Shown here one piece after another: positions 57,124-59,312 of a DNA stretch of 59,312 nucleotides. The DNA is from an uncultured bacterium (lineage in GTDB: Bacteria; UBP7; UBA6624). The notes under the pieces are model-generated. The model saw only the letters and a list, made by a program, of their open reading frames with translations, searched no databases and was not told where the DNA came from. The position numbers and the translations under genes were made by a program. The DNA lies in NCBI GenBank assembly GCA_964507645.1, contig CAZDPU010000001.1, positions 1 to 59,312 on the forward strand. Reading direction: 5' to 3'. The first letter of the stretch is position 1, and each line of letters begins with the position of its first letter.

Positions 57124-59312
57124 ATGAAAAAATTCATAAAATTAGTATTTTCTTTAATTATCTTTTCCATTGTTTTTTCTGCCTGTAGTGGTGGAGGGAA
57201 CGAGGATGTTGGTTCTCCTCAATTTATTACAGGTGCTTTAGAGCCTGGACAGGTTGACGAATCTTACAACATGCTTTTGGAAGCTACCGGAGGTAGTGGG
57301 GATCTAGATATTTCTCTTTACAACATCAATGATCTTCCTTCTGGCTTGGAATTTGATCCAAGCAGTTCTACCTTGTTTGGTATTCCTGTTATCGGTACCA
57401 CTGTTGAGCTACTTTTTAAAGTTACTGATGAAAGGGGTGAAACAGGTGAGACTCGTCTTGTTTTAAGGATTAACCAAGGACCAGAGGTTACCCTTGCTCC
57501 ATTTGCTTATCTTCTTGACGAAGAAGGCAATAAGGTTCCTGTTGGGAGCGTTGATTCAAGATGTACGGAAGAAAATTCTGATACTTGTACTTTTGTTACA
57601 GACTCAACCACAAACATTGATCACTCCGTTTTAGATCTTTACGTGGAATTCCAAGAGAGTGATGCCGAAGATAATGTAATTGTTGAATGGGAGCAAATTA
57701 GTCCAAGTCAATGCAGAGGCACAGTAACAACAAATGAAGGACAGGAGCTTCTCCAACCTTTTTATCCTTTGACACCTGCAACTAACCTTCAGGATGAAGA
57801 GGGTCAGACTATTTCTAATCAATATTTCAGTCACGCAGTTTGGCATGCTCCGAATCTAGATGAAGATGCGGGATGTGCTCAAACAGATATCCCTGTTACC
57901 CTTAGGGTTCGAATGTCTGATGATAAAGGTGGATTTACTGAGGCAGACATAAATCTAACTGTCAATTATGTTGCAGAATTTAATAGCCCAGCTACTGTTA
58001 CTTCTTTTGAATGGGAAGACGAGAAAGGAACTCCTAGAAATAGTGAAATAATTGAGCCTGGGCAATCTTCAGGAGGATCTTTCAATTCTGAAGACGTGAG
58101 TGATGATGGTTCTGGAACATCTAATGATAATAATTATGTTTGGTTGGCTGCTGAGTTCCAGAATGGTAATATCTCAGAATCAGAAAACATTAGCCTTATA
58201 GGCTGGAGTGTGAATCTAATAGGCGAAAATTTACCTTTTGAAGGAGACGTTGAAATTGATGAACCTGCAAATGGCAAAGTTGGAGACACTAACGATCCTT
58301 CTAGTGGTTTGCTTTGTACGAACGAACCTGGACAACAGCCTGTTTTCTGTGGTCGTTTCAGGCCTCTTGTAAGCAGGGATGTTGAAGGTGCGAGTGACCA
58401 ATATGAAATCAGTGTTACAGCTCAAGACATTTATGGTGGAGTTGGAAGCACGACTTGGCTTATTACTGTTTCCGATAGTGGAATTTCAAGTGGTGGCGGA
58501 GGTGGTGGACCTGCTTTTAAAAACTCAATTCCTGTAATAACTGGAAGTAATCCTCAAGCACAAATATCAATGGAGGTTAGTGAAACTACAGGAGCTAACA
58601 GACAGATTAGTGTAACTGCTGATGATAATGATTCTGATATTATTAGATATTGGTGGTCTCTCGATATAAACAATTCAAATGCAACGCCTAATGGGTGTGT
58701 CACTGATAATAGTCTTGTAAATTTATGGGGTCATGACAATTGGTCCTGGGACCCAAATGCTGGATTTAACTCTTTGGTTCAAGATGTAAATTCAAATGAC
58801 GCTATTCTTTCAAATAGTGTTGTAAGGAATCCAGATTTGAATGTACAAAATTCAATTCTTCGAACATTGGATACGGTGAACTCATCTCCAGCGATTTCTT
58901 CTGTTGGATTTACATTTACTCCTGGACAGTGTGCTGGTGCTGTTGCTGGAACAACATGTGTGAGAGTTGACAATATTCAGGCTTTTGGTGGGGTTCAGAA
59001 TGGTATCTCTATTCCAGTAAGGATTAGTGATGATGCTGGTACCGAGTACATGGACACTTTTATTACTTCTATTTCAGCTGATCCAGATCCTTTGAATGCT
59101 CCTGCAGGAAATCTAGAAATAGCAGAAACTCTTGAAGATGACTATTCGATACTAAACAATGCAAGAGTCAGCATAAGGTGTGCGTTACCTATAAGTGTCT
59201 CTGTTGCGGATCAAATAGCAACCCAAGGCTTTCTTGACAATGGTAATGGGTTGAGTCATAACAGCATTATTGATACTGATGTTTCTCAAGATTTTTCAAG
59301 AATTTGTGGAAG
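57124..59312 (+). CDS. Large surface lipoprotein with Ig-like/cadherin-like domains, partial (runs off window end)
   Basis: Not in track (no stop in window). GGAGG RBS; MKKFIKLVFSLIIFSIVFSAC lipobox; LEATGG, LPSGLEFD...LFGIP putative Ig motif; SDDKGG, A.D.D.D turns. Confidence 0.8.
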   Translation, partial: MKKFIKLVFSLIIFSIVFSACSGGGNEDVGSPQFITGALEPGQVDESYNMLLEATGGSGDLDISLYNINDLPSGLEFDPSSSTLFGIPVIGTTVELLFKVTDERGETGETRLVLRINQGPEVTLAPFAYLLDEEGNKVPVGSVDSRCTEENSDTCTFVTDSTTNIDHSVLDLYVEFQESDAEDNVIVEWEQISPSQCRGTVTTNEGQELLQPFYPLTPATNLQDEEGQTISNQYFSHAVWHAPNLDEDAGCAQTDIPVTLRVRMSDDKGGFTEADINLTVNYVAEFNSPATVTSFEWEDEKGTPRNSEIIEPGQSSGGSFNSEDVSDDGSGTSNDNNYVWLAAEFQNGNISESENISLIGWSVNLIGENLPFEGDVEIDEPANGKVGDTNDPSSGLLCTNEPGQQPVFCGRFRPLVSRDVEGASDQYEISVTAQDIYGGVGSTTWLITVSDSGISSGGGGGGPAFKNSIPVITGSNPQAQISMEVSETTGANRQISVTADDNDSDIIRYWWSLDINNSNATPNGCVTDNSLVNLWGHDNWSWDPNAGFNSLVQDVNSNDAILSNSVVRNPDLNVQNSILRTLDTVNSSPAISSVGFTFTPGQCAGAVAGTTCVRVDNIQAFGGVQNGISIPVRISDDAGTEYMDTFITSISADPDPLNAPAGNLEIAETLEDDYSILNNARVSIRCALPISVSVADQIATQGFLDNGNGLSHNSIIDTDVSQDFSRICG

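Noticed and set aside
1-59312. Alternative genetic code
   Set aside because: TGA, TAA and TAG all end conserved genes at expected positions, and spot-checked conserved Arg/Trp sites use standard codons; rare codons were not tested systematically

Overview
AT-rich, very tightly packed bacterial chromosome segment, mostly housekeeping, with almost no intergenic DNA and many stop/start overlaps. I found no integrase, transposase, phage gene, rRNA or CRISPR array. It carries ispH, sufCBDSU, rplU-rpmA-obg-nadD-LCP-rsfS, polA-rpsA-coaE-uvrB, a split propionyl/acyl-CoA carboxylase plus methylmalonyl-CoA epimerase, slt-ispA-dapF, rpsD, rpiB, a GGDEF/HD-GYP module, tilS-ftsH, a complex I-like cluster (nuoABCDHIJKLM, no nuoEFG, no nuoN), lspA, tatD, an archaeal-type FBP aldolase/phosphatase, five tRNAs and the start of a large Ig-domain lipoprotein. 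The most unusual observations are: (1) the Obg at the canonical rplU-rpmA locus keeps its Obg fold but has lost all recognisable GTPase motifs and appears to start at CTG; (2) two further intact ORFs resemble catalytically stripped enzymes (PflX-type radical SAM, adenine DNA methyltransferase); (3) a tandem pair of heme-c/copper type II monooxygenase lipoproteins shares an apparently identical 1280-bp core with divergent ends; (4) there are signs of leaderless and CTG/TTG-coupled initiation and tRNA-punctuated transcripts; (5) several unannotated small membrane ORFs are present. All family calls are by-eye motif recognition, not database searches.
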